A stretch of DNA of 47,797 bases from a virus (Duplodnaviria > Heunggongvirae > Uroviricota > Caudoviricetes): the IMG/VR virus record IMGVR_UViG_2571042438_000008. The stretch is one strand, 5' to 3'. The notes below the pieces were generated by a model. That model saw nothing but the letters and a program-made list of their open reading frames with translations, did no database searches and had not been told where the DNA came from. This document shows positions 34,272-44,738 of this stretch, in pieces. Within the stretch, counting starts at the first letter, position 1. Each line of letters begins with the position of its first letter. The position numbers and the translations under genes were made by a program.

Positions 34272-35328
34272 TTGGTGGGAAATAAAAAATAGCACGGGTG
34301 AAGATGACTCTCCGGCTGAACTTTTAATTTACGGGTATATTGGTGAATTTGATGAGGTTTCTTCTTCTGACATAGTTAATAAATTAAAGGATATTTCATC
34401 AAATACTATCAACGTAAAAATTAATAGTTATGGTGGTTCTGTTTTTACTGCTCAAGCTATTCTTTCATCATTAAAGCGTCATAAGGCGAATATTACGGTT
34501 TATATCGACGGGATTGCTGCATCGGCTGCAACTATTATTGCAATGGCGGGTGATAAAATTATTATCCCATCTAATGCTATGATGATGATCCATAATCCGT
34601 GGACATTTGCTGCTGGCGATGCGGATGAATTGCGTGATATTGCTGAGATGATGGATAAGATACGCAATAGTATTTTATCTGCATATAAGGAGAAAACAGG
34701 GCTTTCTGAGGATAAATTAATTGAACTAATGGATCAGGAAACATGGCTAAATGCAGAAGAGGCTGTAGAGCTTGGATTTGCTGACGAAGTTGAAAAACCA
34801 ATACGCTTATCCGCTTCTATAAAGGAAGGGATGCTTTCGCTTAATGGAATAACTTTTGAAGCATCAAGGTTTTCAAAATTACCTGATTCACTCGCAAAGT
34901 TGCCGCAAAATAAAAATGAGTTATCTACTGAATCAAATGAACAAAATGAGGACGATATTGTGACTCTTGATGAATTAAAAAATAAATATCCAGAATTATA
35001 CAATCAGGTTTTTAATGCTGGTAAAGACGAGGGCGTTAAATCAGAACGCGAGCGCATTGAAACAATCGAGAATAGCGTGATTCCTGGTCATGACGACCTG
35101 GTTAAGAATGCAAAATTCAAAACAGGAGTTTCTGCGGCTGAACTTGCTTTGGAAATTATGAATGCAGAGCGAGCGCGTAACAAAAACTTTCTTAATCAAC
35201 GGCAAGAAGACGCAAGTGAGGTGAATGATTCAGTTGATGTTAATCAACCAGAAAACAACGGCAACAAACAGGCTGAAGCAGTAAAAAATGTTATTGGGTC
35301 AGTATTTAAAAACCGCGATAAAAATTAA
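34240..35328 (+). CDS. Prohead protease / scaffold (S49 or ClpP-like, lambda gpC-like)
   Basis: KINSYGGSVFTAQAI ... IAASAATIIAMAGDKIII ... MMIHNPW is typical of the S49/ClpP fold; acidic C-terminal region. Confidence 0.75.
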   Translation: MNKIWRLMMPNWWEIKNSTGEDDSPAELLIYGYIGEFDEVSSSDIVNKLKDISSNTINVKINSYGGSVFTAQAILSSLKRHKANITVYIDGIAASAATIIAMAGDKIIIPSNAMMMIHNPWTFAAGDADELRDIAEMMDKIRNSILSAYKEKTGLSEDKLIELMDQETWLNAEEAVELGFADEVEKPIRLSASIKEGMLSLNGITFEASRFSKLPDSLAKLPQNKNELSTESNEQNEDDIVTLDELKNKYPELYNQVFNAGKDEGVKSERERIETIENSVIPGHDDLVKNAKFKTGVSAAELALEIMNAERARNKNFLNQRQEDASEVNDSVDVNQPENNGNKQAEAVKNVIGSVFKNRDKN

Positions 35329-35337
35329 GGTGAGTTT

Positions 35338-35721
35338 ATGCGAGAGTCTTTTTCATTTGAACCAGATAATCTGATTATTTCTGGTGGTATGCCAGCAATT
35401 CCAACAAGTATTAAACTTGCCAGCGGTAAAGTAAAACGGGGTGAGTTACTTGCTTTTGTCAGTATTGATCAGACAACAAATGTTGTCACTGTGGCGCCAA
35501 TAAATCTCTCTGGTGAAGGGGAGGCAAAAGAACCGTATTGTATCGCTCAACACAATATTGATGCGACTGATTCAGCGCAAGTTGGAACAGCATGGCTGAC
35601 CGGAATGTTCAATGCACATGCGGTTATCCTTCCTGAATCAGCAAAGATTGCCGATGTATATCTGGCTTGCCGGAAGGTTGGGATATTCCTTAATACCGCA
35701 CAACAAAATCCATCTGCATAA
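35338..35721 (+). CDS. Head decoration protein (gpD-like, putative)
   Basis: 127-aa ORF between protease and major capsid. Confidence 0.45.
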   Translation: MRESFSFEPDNLIISGGMPAIPTSIKLASGKVKRGELLAFVSIDQTTNVVTVAPINLSGEGEAKEPYCIAQHNIDATDSAQVGTAWLTGMFNAHAVILPESAKIADVYLACRKVGIFLNTAQQNPSA

Positions 35722-35741
35722 TATAAAGAGGTCGTATTTTT

Positions 35742-36785
35742 ATGCCGAATATTGATATTTTTGAACGACGTACAATGCTTGAGCCTGTTATTCAGAATTT
35801 CAAGGCTCGTCGTTTTCTTCTTCGTACCTTTTTTCCTGGTGTTCAGACCTTTAATACAAAGAAAGTTGATCTGGATTTTGTTCGCGGGGGCCGTACTATG
35901 GCTCCGTTTGTTGGTAAAGGTTTTGGCTCAAAAACCGTTGAGCGACGCGGCTTTGTAACGAGAACTCTGGAGCCACCACTTGTTGCACCTGATTTGGTAA
36001 CAACAGCCGAGCTGCTTTTAAACAGGCTTCCGGGTGAGAATATTTACAACGCAAAATCGCCAGAAGAACGAGCCGCCGAGCAATTAGGTAAAGATTTGCT
36101 TGAGCTTGATGAAATGGTTAACCGCCGTGAAGAATGGATGTGTGCACAAGTCTTGTTTACGGGGCAGGTTGATATTGTTGGTGAAGGAGTGGATGACACA
36201 GTTTATTTTTGGCCTGAAGAGGAAGGAGATAAACCATATCTTGAACTGACAGGTGATGATTTATGGAGTGCAGCAAAATCAGATCCGTTGGTCAATGTTC
36301 GCAACTGGAAACGTCGGGTATCACTAACTTCAGGTTTTACACCTCGTGTTGCCGTAATGGGCGCAAAAGTTGTTGATGCCTTCGTTAAAAATGAAGCAGT
36401 AACTAAATATCTTGATAATCGCCGAAAAGAGCTTGGGTATATTGAGCCTAAGGAGTTAGAAGAAGGCGTAACTCATTATGGCAATCTTGAAGGTGTCGAT
36501 TTTTATGGTTACGACGAACTTATTCGCAATGATAAAACAGGAAAACCAGAACCATTAGTACCGGAAGATAAGATCCTCTTTGGCTCTCCTGGTCGAGGAA
36601 CGATGCTGTATGGTGCTGTAGAGCTTGTAGATGACGCCGAAAAGACTCTAACGATTGTTGAGTCGCCACGAGTTCCAGACACCTGGGTAACTCGTAAGCC
36701 GGCTGGCCGTTATGTTGCCATGAAGTCATCTCCACTGCCTAATCCTGGTGTGGCTGATGCCTATCTGGTGGCTAAGGTGGTTTAA
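35742..36785 (+). CDS. Major capsid protein (lambda gpE family)
   Basis: N-terminal ARRFLLRTFFPG and C-terminal PDTWVTRKPAGR resemble gpE as recalled; 347 aa. Confidence 0.85.
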   Translation: MPNIDIFERRTMLEPVIQNFKARRFLLRTFFPGVQTFNTKKVDLDFVRGGRTMAPFVGKGFGSKTVERRGFVTRTLEPPLVAPDLVTTAELLLNRLPGENIYNAKSPEERAAEQLGKDLLELDEMVNRREEWMCAQVLFTGQVDIVGEGVDDTVYFWPEEEGDKPYLELTGDDLWSAAKSDPLVNVRNWKRRVSLTSGFTPRVAVMGAKVVDAFVKNEAVTKYLDNRRKELGYIEPKELEEGVTHYGNLEGVDFYGYDELIRNDKTGKPEPLVPEDKILFGSPGRGTMLYGAVELVDDAEKTLTIVESPRVPDTWVTRKPAGRYVAMKSSPLPNPGVADAYLVAKVV

Positions 36786-37178
36786 ATGGCCAGACTGATT
36801 AAAAACATTGATACGATAAGCCACGGCTCGCTAAAAGCGGGCCGTTTGCTTAATGGGCTAATGGATAACTCCAGAATTGCCGAACTGATTGCGTCAGGAC
36901 ATGCTATTGCCACCGAAGAGGATGGTGATTTGGCATCGGCTGGGGGCTATGATGCTGCTAAGTTAGCTTTTGAGCATGGATACGCATCTGCTGTTAATGA
37001 TGCTGTGGACGCAGGGTTGATTACGCGAACGGAGGCGGGTAGCTGTGTATTCGAGGTTGAGTTTGAGGATGATGGCGGCAATGAGGAAATGGTTGCTGAT
37101 GATTCATCTGAGTCTGTAGCTACTTCTGATACCAGTAATGCGAAAAAATCAACGCAAAAAAAAGGTAATAAGAAGTAA
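36786..37178 (+). CDS. Hypothetical head/neck protein with acidic C-terminus
   Basis: Position between capsid and tail genes. Confidence 0.35.
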   Translation: MARLIKNIDTISHGSLKAGRLLNGLMDNSRIAELIASGHAIATEEDGDLASAGGYDAAKLAFEHGYASAVNDAVDAGLITRTEAGSCVFEVEFEDDGGNEEMVADDSSESVATSDTSNAKKSTQKKGNKK

Positions 37179-37522
37179 TGAACTCCTTCAAAGAGGTTAT
37201 AGCGCAAGATATTTCTGCAATATTCCTCAATGAAAAAGAGTTTGCCGATACATATAACATAGACGGCAAGGATATCCTTGCCGTTATTGATACAGACCTT
37301 ATTCATGAGCGTAATAAACGCTCATATGCTGAGTTTGCAGAGGGAATAAATCAGGGGCAAATAATATTATTTGTTTCAAGAAAAGATTTTCCTGTTCTCC
37401 CTGTCAAAGACCAGTCAATGAAAATCAACGGTAAAAGTTATATTGTTGATGAAGTATCAGATAATGTTGGTGTATTGGAAATAACTCTCACTGTTAATAC
37501 TAACAGAGGAATGCCGATTTGA
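37178..37522 (+). CDS. Putative head-tail connector/adaptor
   Basis: Position and size only. Confidence 0.3.
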   Translation: MNSFKEVIAQDISAIFLNEKEFADTYNIDGKDILAVIDTDLIHERNKRSYAEFAEGINQGQIILFVSRKDFPVLPVKDQSMKINGKSYIVDEVSDNVGVLEITLTVNTNRGMPI

Positions 37523-38004
37523 TTAATCTTTTGATAGATGCAATAAAAAATCGGTTGGAACATGAGGTTTTCCATGATTTATTAGTGCAGGGGCCTCCTT
37601 ATGATGAAACAGACAGCGATATTAAATTGTTTGTTCCAACAATATTTAAAGGGTACTTGCCTCCTAAATCACAACCATCTCCAGATAAACCGCCAGAATT
37701 TCCTCATGTGATTATCAGACCCACGGAAGGAGGAATGCAGCCTGAAACGGATGAAGTTAAGGTTAAGTTTCTTCTAGGTGGTTTTTGTGAGGACCATACT
37801 GGGTATGAATGGGTAATGGCTCTTCTTGAAAGGATGATGTTTCATTTTCAGGAGAAGCCTTTACTTGAAGAGAAATTTCTCTTTCAGGGTGATATCAGAT
37901 GGCGAATGTTTGATGATCAACCATATCCATATTGGATAACGGAAGCAACTGGAACGTGGCTAGTATTAAAGCCTCAGAATATTCAGTCTCAGGAGTTTAT
38001 CTAA
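37519..38004 (+). CDS. Putative tail completion/neck protein
   Basis: Position and size only. Confidence 0.3.
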   Translation: MINLLIDAIKNRLEHEVFHDLLVQGPPYDETDSDIKLFVPTIFKGYLPPKSQPSPDKPPEFPHVIIRPTEGGMQPETDEVKVKFLLGGFCEDHTGYEWVMALLERMMFHFQEKPLLEEKFLFQGDIRWRMFDDQPYPYWITEATGTWLVLKPQNIQSQEFI

Positions 38005-38295
38005 ATGGCTAATAAGAAAAGTAGTAAAGAAGATATAGAAAAGAAGGAAGATGTTGCTCAAACATTTGTATATATAGGACCAACAATCCCTCAACTCTCA
38101 ATTTTGAAGCATAAACTATTTAAGAATGGCTTATCTCCAGAGTGTGAAAAATTAATATCACATATTCCTGGTGCAAAGTGTTTGTTTGTGGCAACCAGTG
38201 ATTTTGCAGATGCAGAAAAAAGACTTTCTGATAAAACCAGTGTCGAGTATGTAATGTACTCTAGAGTTTCTTCTTCTATCATGGAGATTAAATAA
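38005..38295 (+). CDS. Hypothetical protein
   Basis: 96-aa ORF preceding the sheath gene. Confidence 0.3.
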   Translation: MANKKSSKEDIEKKEDVAQTFVYIGPTIPQLSILKHKLFKNGLSPECEKLISHIPGAKCLFVATSDFADAEKRLSDKTSVEYVMYSRVSSSIMEIK

Positions 38296-39758
38296 TGGGA
38301 TATCGCCACGGTATTTATATATCTGAGCTGGCTACATCTATAACTCCTCCAGTACAAGTTAGTGCTGGGTTGATTGTCGCATTTGGTACAGCTCCTGTTA
38401 ATCAGTTAGAAGATCCAGCCTCAGCGGTAAATAAACCTATCATTGCTTATACATACGCAGAGGCCGTATCTAAAATAGGATATAGCACAAACTTCGAGAA
38501 ATATACTTTAAGCGAAGTAATTAAAGTCGCATTTGGAATATATGGTGTTGCGCCAGTTGTATTTATCAATGTGCTTGATCCAGCAAAGCATAAGAAAGAC
38601 GTAACTGATGAGGTAGTAAAACTTTCTGGCGGGAAAGGTACGCTCTCTAACGATGGTGTCTTATATAAATCTGTTGTTGTGAAAAAAGCAGATGGTGATT
38701 CGGCAGGGTTAACGGTTGATACCGATTATGTGCTGGCGCTGGATGATAATGGCTATACGGTCATTACCGCTATTAGCGGAGGAAAAATTACCGAAAAAGA
38801 CGCTACTCTTAAGGTTAGTTATACACATCTTGATCCCGGTGCCGTAACTAAAAATGACATTATCGGTGGTGTGGATTCCAACACTAAAGCCAATACAGGG
38901 CTTGAGTTACTGTCTGATGTGTATCCCCGCTTCAAGTTGGTTCCTGGACAAGTGATTGCGCCTGGATTTAGTTCTGATAGTGAAGTTGGTCAGCTAATGG
39001 CGGCTAAAGCCGCGTTGATTAGTGAATTGTTCAAAGCAGAAGCCATAACTGATGCACCGACCGATAAATCTACTATCAGTGATTACTCGGCTGTTCCTGA
39101 ATGGAAACAGAACAATAATCACATGGCCGCTAACCAGACAGTGTGCTGGCCGATGGTGAAACTTGGTGACAATATTTACCATCACTCAACCCATTTAGCG
39201 GCCGCAACATGCTTGCTGGATAGTCAGTATGGCGATATTCCATCACGTTCTCCGTCAAATATAAAACTACAGATGGACGGTGCTGTACGTAAAGATGGCA
39301 GTGAAGTATGGCTTAACATTAGCCAGGCAAACTACTTAAATGGACAGGGGATTGTAACAAGCCTTAATTTTGATGGTTGGAAATCATGGGGAAACCGTAA
39401 TGCTATTTATCCAACATCTACAGACCCCAAAGACGCATTTCGTGTTTGCCGACGTATGTTTAACTGGGTGGGTAATACGTTAATTCTTTCGCATTGGTCA
39501 AAAATAGACAATCCTGCAAACCGTCGATTAATTGAATCGATTGTTACAAGTGCGAATATTTGGCTTAACGGCCTCACAGGTAATCAGGATATTGCAGGTG
39601 GTGTTGTTACCTTTGATCAGTCTGAAAACACGATTACGTCATTGATGGACGGGATTGTTAAATTCCATGTAAAAATGACACCATTCTCACCTGCCAGAGA
39701 TATAGAGTTCGTCATGGAATATAATCCTGATTATCTGCTGAACTTGTTTTCTGAATAA
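38295..39758 (+). CDS. Tail sheath protein
   Basis: 487 aa; precedes tube and chaperone/tape-measure genes. Confidence 0.75.
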   Translation: MGYRHGIYISELATSITPPVQVSAGLIVAFGTAPVNQLEDPASAVNKPIIAYTYAEAVSKIGYSTNFEKYTLSEVIKVAFGIYGVAPVVFINVLDPAKHKKDVTDEVVKLSGGKGTLSNDGVLYKSVVVKKADGDSAGLTVDTDYVLALDDNGYTVITAISGGKITEKDATLKVSYTHLDPGAVTKNDIIGGVDSNTKANTGLELLSDVYPRFKLVPGQVIAPGFSSDSEVGQLMAAKAALISELFKAEAITDAPTDKSTISDYSAVPEWKQNNNHMAANQTVCWPMVKLGDNIYHHSTHLAAATCLLDSQYGDIPSRSPSNIKLQMDGAVRKDGSEVWLNISQANYLNGQGIVTSLNFDGWKSWGNRNAIYPTSTDPKDAFRVCRRMFNWVGNTLILSHWSKIDNPANRRLIESIVTSANIWLNGLTGNQDIAGGVVTFDQSENTITSLMDGIVKFHVKMTPFSPARDIEFVMEYNPDYLLNLFSE

Positions 39759-39774
39759 ATAATAGGAGGTTGCT

Positions 39775-40296
39775 TTGAGCAATCAAATTCCTGAGAGACT
39801 TATTAACTTTACAGTATACGGTGAGGGAAACCGTATTATCGGTGTTGCTGACGCAAAGCTGCCATCAATTGAGATGATGACAGAAACTGTTAGTGGTGCA
39901 GGTATCGCTGGAGAGCTTGATAGCGGAACGCTGGGGCATTTCAAACCAATGACTGTCTCTCTTAAATGGCGAACTCTGACCTCTGCTGGTACAAAATTAT
40001 TTCTATCCTCATCGCATCAGGTAGATTTTCGCGGTAGCCAGCAGGTTTATGATGCCGGAACAGGAAAATATAAAACGGTTCCTATTCGAGCTTCAATGAA
40101 GCTAAATCCTAAAAAACTGGATTTGGGTTCGCTACAGGTAGCAAAGGCCACTGATTCAGAAAATGAATTCGAAGTTCTCTATATCAAATTATTTATTGAT
40201 GGGAAAGAAGTCTTAGAAATTGATAAGTTGAACTTTATTTGTATCTTTGATGGCGAAGATATATTAAAAACTGTTCGTGATGATTTAGGTTTATAA
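39775..40296 (+). CDS. Tail tube protein
   Basis: 173 aa; between sheath and chaperone. Confidence 0.65.
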   Translation: MSNQIPERLINFTVYGEGNRIIGVADAKLPSIEMMTETVSGAGIAGELDSGTLGHFKPMTVSLKWRTLTSAGTKLFLSSSHQVDFRGSQQVYDAGTGKYKTVPIRASMKLNPKKLDLGSLQVAKATDSENEFEVLYIKLFIDGKEVLEIDKLNFICIFDGEDILKTVRDDLGL

Positions 40297-40305
40297 GGTG
40301 AAAAA

Positions 40306-40587
40306 ATGGAAACCGTTAAATTAAGTAAAGAATATCGTTTTGAAGACTTTGAGCCAGTGACTGAACTCAACCTTGATTTAGACAACCTAAAAGGCAGTGA
40401 TATTTTAGAGGTATCGGACTTACTGCAATCTCAAGGGCATGTTTCAGTTCAAACATCACTTGATAATAAAGTCCATGCAGCCTTGGCTGCTCGCTGTATT
40501 GGTCGTCCAATAGAGTATCTGAATGGATTACCAGCGAAAGACTTTGTTAAAGTTTGTCAAAAGGTACAGAATTTTTTGCTCTCGTAG
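40306..40587 (+). CDS. Tail assembly chaperone (gpE/gpG-like), frame-0 product
   Basis: Small acidic protein directly upstream of the tape measure gene; slippery T_TTT_TTG at 40572-40578. Confidence 0.6.
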   Translation: METVKLSKEYRFEDFEPVTELNLDLDNLKGSDILEVSDLLQSQGHVSVQTSLDNKVHAALAARCIGRPIEYLNGLPAKDFVKVCQKVQNFLLS

Positions 40588-40736
40588 GTTTTGATGAGCA
40601 AAAACCTATTGATAAGCAAATAATGAGGGCCGCGAGTTCTCTATCTCAATCATCTCAATCAACACCTATATCCTACTGGCTTTCGCTTCGGTTGAGGCGA
40701 ATCGTCGCATGGATTGACGTGTTTAATGAGGATTAA
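40554..40736 (+). CDS. Tail assembly chaperone -1 frameshift extension (gpE+E'/gpGT-like)
   Basis: Overlapping -1 frame ORF continuing from the slippery heptamer to 40736. Confidence 0.45.
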   Translation: MSKGTEFFALVGFDEQKPIDKQIMRAASSLSQSSQSTPISYWLSLRLRRIVAWIDVFNED

Positions 40737-40741
40737 TACTA

Positions 40742-43534
40742 ATGGCCAGCAATAAGAACTTTAAGCTGGCTTTTGAAATTGGCGGCAAAGTTGCCGCCTC
40801 TCTCCCCAAAAGTTTTACTACAGCTAATCAGGCTGTTGCTAAATTAAATGCCGAGCTTGCTGGATTAACGAAAGAACATGGGGAAATTCAAAAGCTACAA
40901 TCTGTAAAAGTAAAGGTTGGACAGACTGCCCTCGAATATCATAAAGCTGCCGCTCGCGTTGAAGAGTTACAGAAGCAAATAAAAAACACGGCCAATCCAA
41001 CCAGAGCGATGCTTCGTGACTTTGAGAAGGCAAAAACACATTCATCGAATTTACGAGCATCACTACGTTCTCAGCGTGAAGAACTGGCCGCTTTAAAGTC
41101 TGCCTATCAGGGAGCTGATACATCTGCCAGAGCTTTGGCCTCAAGAGAGAAAGAGCTTAAAGCCAGCATTGATCGTAATCGTGAGGCTCAGGCCCGTAGC
41201 GTTGAGCAGGTTAACCGCTACAGAACGGCTTTGGCTTTAGCCAGAGCAAATGTTCAGCAAGTGAAAAAACAGCAGGAGGAACTTAACCGGGCATTAGAAA
41301 AACAACGTATTGATAAAATTAACAGCTATAAAAATGCGTTGGCTGAAGCACGGAAAAATGTTCTTGCAGTAAAACGTGCTCAGGAGGAGTTAAACCGCGC
41401 GTTGGAAAGGCAGCGTGAATTGAAGCGAGAGCATCTTGGTGAGGCAAAGAGTCAACTTGTAAGGTCAGGATTACAAACTGGTGCTGTAGCGGCTGGTGCA
41501 TTTGCTGCTGCTAACAATGCAGCAAATTTCAATCGTGAAAACAAAATGATTGGTCTTACGGCAGATATGAAGCCGGAAGAAGTTCAGGCGATGGGGCAGG
41601 CGATGCTTGTTACCGGAACGGCTACCAACCAGTTTGCATCTGATATTCAGGCCGCTCAGGGTTTTCTCGTCGCTGCTGGGCAGGATTATAAAGAGGCTCA
41701 GGCGAATCTACTAACTATTGGGCGAACAGCTACAGCTACTGGCTCTGATATCCTCGATGTCTCGAAAGCATCATTTACATTAAGTGACTCATTGAAGATT
41801 GATCCATCTCAAATGAAGTCTGCAATGGGGATTCTGGTTCAGGCAGGGAAAGAGGGGAACTTTGAATTTAAAGATATGGCCAAAAATCTTCCTGTGCTTG
41901 GTGCTCAGTTCCAGGCATTAAAAATGGGAGGTAAAGAAGCAGCCGCGACGATGGGTGCAGCTTTGCAGATAGCTCGCAAGGGGGCTGCAACTTCGGATGA
42001 GGCTGCTAATAATATGAACAACTTTTTGGCAAAAATACTTTCCCCTGAAACACTAAAAAAAGCAAAGAAAAATTTCGGTGTAGATTTATATAAAATTGTT
42101 ACAACAGCGCAGAAAAAAGGGAAGAATCCATTCGAAGCTGCAATGCATTCTGTCATGAAAATGACTAAGAACGGAGATCAGAAGTTACTTGGTGAACTAT
42201 TTGGCGATATGCAGGTTCAGAACTTTGTTCGTCCGATGATTCAAAACTGGAAGGAATACCAGAGAATCAAAGCAACATCTCTTGGAGCTGGAAGTGCTGT
42301 TATTGACCGCGATTTTGCCAACATAACGAAAGATAATGCGGAGCGATTGAAACAATTACGTATTCAGGCTAGCAATGCATCATTAAGTTTTGGTCAGGCC
42401 TTGCAACCTGCTTTGAATGCCGCGCTTAGTGTTTTGGTTCCGCTGATTACAAAAATTAGTGAATTTGTAGCTAACAACCCCAATTTTGTGTCTCAGATAG
42501 TGATGGCGGCAGGTGCGTTTCTAACCATGAAAAGTGTGGTTATAGCGTGTAGGGTAGCTATGCTGGCTTTATCTGTAGCGACAAAGCTAACACCCTTCGG
42601 GTGGATTCAGATGGCTATATCTGCGCTGGTTGCCGCAGGAATATTGCTCTATCAGAATTGGGATAAGATCAGAGATTATGCTGTCAGAGTTTGGCCTTCT
42701 GTTAAGGAATATACAGTTAAATCATTTGAGGCTATAAAAAACTTTATCTTAAACTTTGACCTCAATGGATGGATTATATCTATGTTTGGTAAAGCATGGG
42801 ATTATCTTTCCAACATAAACTGGAGTTCGGCAGGTGTAAGAATTTACAGTACATTAATTAGTGCTTTTAAATGGATGTCTCCGCTTCCGTTCTTAATTAA
42901 AGCATTTAAAATTACAACAAATTACCTTTCTGGCATTAACTGGAGCGAAACAGGAAAGAAAATCATAGATACACTGGTATCTGTTTTTATGCGTTTTTCA
43001 CCAGTTGGACTCTTTATAAGAGCATTCCAATCTGTAACGACTTATTTATCTGGAATAAACTGGAGTGAGTCAGGCGCAAAAATAATTGAGACGTTAATCA
43101 CTGGGATAAAATCAAAAGCAAATGCTTTAATTAATGAAGTGAAAGGCGTTTTTTCTTCTGTACGTGAGTATTTACCGTTCTCTGACGCGAAAAAAGGTCC
43201 ATTCTCACAGCTAACAAAGTCAGGTGGTGCAATAATGACTACTCTGGCATCAGGTGTTAGCAGGAATAACAGCTTACAGAATGCAATAGCAAGCAAGTTC
43301 GGGCAATCAAATTTATCACCTCACGGGATATCTGCCGCCGGGACTTCTGGACCTCGCCAGAACGTTAACGCTGTGACTGGTGGAATAACCTATTCACCTG
43401 TAATCAATCTTCCGGCTGGTTCACCAAAGGAAACTGAGGCGGCAGCTAAAAGAGCATTAGATGCGGGATATTCTGATTTTGAGAAGAAATTGAGTGCTCA
43501 TATGTTCCAACAACGGAGATTAAGTTTTGGATGA
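40742..43534 (+). CDS. Tail tape measure protein
   Basis: 930 aa; long coiled-coil-like N-terminal half, hydrophobic segments, repeated W-containing motifs (GINWSE). Confidence 0.85.
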   Translation: MASNKNFKLAFEIGGKVAASLPKSFTTANQAVAKLNAELAGLTKEHGEIQKLQSVKVKVGQTALEYHKAAARVEELQKQIKNTANPTRAMLRDFEKAKTHSSNLRASLRSQREELAALKSAYQGADTSARALASREKELKASIDRNREAQARSVEQVNRYRTALALARANVQQVKKQQEELNRALEKQRIDKINSYKNALAEARKNVLAVKRAQEELNRALERQRELKREHLGEAKSQLVRSGLQTGAVAAGAFAAANNAANFNRENKMIGLTADMKPEEVQAMGQAMLVTGTATNQFASDIQAAQGFLVAAGQDYKEAQANLLTIGRTATATGSDILDVSKASFTLSDSLKIDPSQMKSAMGILVQAGKEGNFEFKDMAKNLPVLGAQFQALKMGGKEAAATMGAALQIARKGAATSDEAANNMNNFLAKILSPETLKKAKKNFGVDLYKIVTTAQKKGKNPFEAAMHSVMKMTKNGDQKLLGELFGDMQVQNFVRPMIQNWKEYQRIKATSLGAGSAVIDRDFANITKDNAERLKQLRIQASNASLSFGQALQPALNAALSVLVPLITKISEFVANNPNFVSQIVMAAGAFLTMKSVVIACRVAMLALSVATKLTPFGWIQMAISALVAAGILLYQNWDKIRDYAVRVWPSVKEYTVKSFEAIKNFILNFDLNGWIISMFGKAWDYLSNINWSSAGVRIYSTLISAFKWMSPLPFLIKAFKITTNYLSGINWSETGKKIIDTLVSVFMRFSPVGLFIRAFQSVTTYLSGINWSESGAKIIETLITGIKSKANALINEVKGVFSSVREYLPFSDAKKGPFSQLTKSGGAIMTTLASGVSRNNSLQNAIASKFGQSNLSPHGISAAGTSGPRQNVNAVTGGITYSPVINLPAGSPKETEAAAKRALDAGYSDFEKKLSAHMFQQRRLSFG

Positions 43535-43745
43535 TTATAGAACGGTTCAAGGGGACTCATGGGATAGTATCGCTTTAAAGTTGTATGGTAATGAGTACCT
43601 GTCTTATCTTCTTATTGATGCTAATACTGAGCACCGCTTTACGGTGCTTTTTTCTGCGGGAATTATTCTTAAAGTTCCTGATGCTCCGGTTATGCCAATA
43701 TCAGTAAACAATTTTCCTCCGTGGAGACGCAATAGTGTTACGTAA
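43527..43745 (+). CDS. Tail protein X (LysM-like, P2 gpX-like)
   Basis: 72 aa; YRTVQGDSWDSIALKLYG resembles gpX/LysM. Confidence 0.55.
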   Translation: MDDYRTVQGDSWDSIALKLYGNEYLSYLLIDANTEHRFTVLFSAGIILKVPDAPVMPISVNNFPPWRRNSVT

Positions 43746-44736
43746 AACGCTTTTTGATGTTATATATCAGAATGTAAATATTACCGCTCATATGTCACCT
43801 GATGTTTTGTCAATGTCTTATACAGATAATGAAGATGGTCAGGTCGATGATATTTCTATTATATTAAAAAATGATGATGGGAAATGGTCTGGAGACTGGA
43901 CACCTAAAAAGGGTGATTTTATTGATTTGAGCTTTAAGCCTATAAATCAAATCGTCCTTGAGTGCGGGAAATTCCAGGTAGATGGCATAACTTGCTCTGG
44001 ACCACCTTCTGTGGTTGAGGTAACTGCTGTTTCTGTTCCTATTTCATCAGGCATTAGACGTGATTTAAAAAGTAATGCATGGGAAAAAACAACTCTTAAA
44101 GATATAGCAACTTCTATAGCTAAATTAGCTAACCTTGAACTGTTGTTTCTTATTGATGGTGATAGTAATCCATATTATGCACGTGAAGATCAAATGGAGG
44201 AAAGCGATTTAAAATTTCTCCATCGACTTTGCCAGGATGAAGGGTTGTCGTTAAAGGTCACTGATAGCCAATTAATAATATTTGCTCAAGAGATGTTTGA
44301 GCAAAAAGATCCTATCGCTACGCTTACGTTAGGTATTGATGAGATAATCAGATATAGCTTTAGCACACAATCTACAGATTTGTATAAAAGTTGCACGTGC
44401 AAATATCGCGTACCTAAAAAAAGAAAGTCGCTTTCGTATACTTGGGTAGATCCATCCGTAGAAGAAGGGTCGAATCTTAAGATAAGAAAACTGGTAGCTA
44501 ATTTAGATGAAGCAAAACGTAAGGCAAAGGCTGCTTTGCGGCTTAAAAATAGATATCAAAATACCGGATCTTTAGTATTGGTTGGAGACACCAGATTGGT
44601 AGCTGGTGTAACTATAAATCTGGAGGGATTCGGTTCATTTTCTGGAAAATATCTTATATCGAAAGCTGTGCATTCAATTGGGACTAGTGGTTATACCACC
44701 TCGATTGATGTCCGAAGAGTAATTAATGGGTATTAA
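43735..44736 (+). CDS. Baseplate hub / late control D-like protein (P2 gpD-like)
   Basis: 333 aa; position after gpX-like; central EESDLKFLHRLCQDEGL resembles the gpD family as recalled. Confidence 0.65.
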   Translation: MLRKTLFDVIYQNVNITAHMSPDVLSMSYTDNEDGQVDDISIILKNDDGKWSGDWTPKKGDFIDLSFKPINQIVLECGKFQVDGITCSGPPSVVEVTAVSVPISSGIRRDLKSNAWEKTTLKDIATSIAKLANLELLFLIDGDSNPYYAREDQMEESDLKFLHRLCQDEGLSLKVTDSQLIIFAQEMFEQKDPIATLTLGIDEIIRYSFSTQSTDLYKSCTCKYRVPKKRKSLSYTWVDPSVEEGSNLKIRKLVANLDEAKRKAKAALRLKNRYQNTGSLVLVGDTRLVAGVTINLEGFGSFSGKYLISKAVHSIGTSGYTTSIDVRRVINGY

Positions 44737-44738
44737 TT

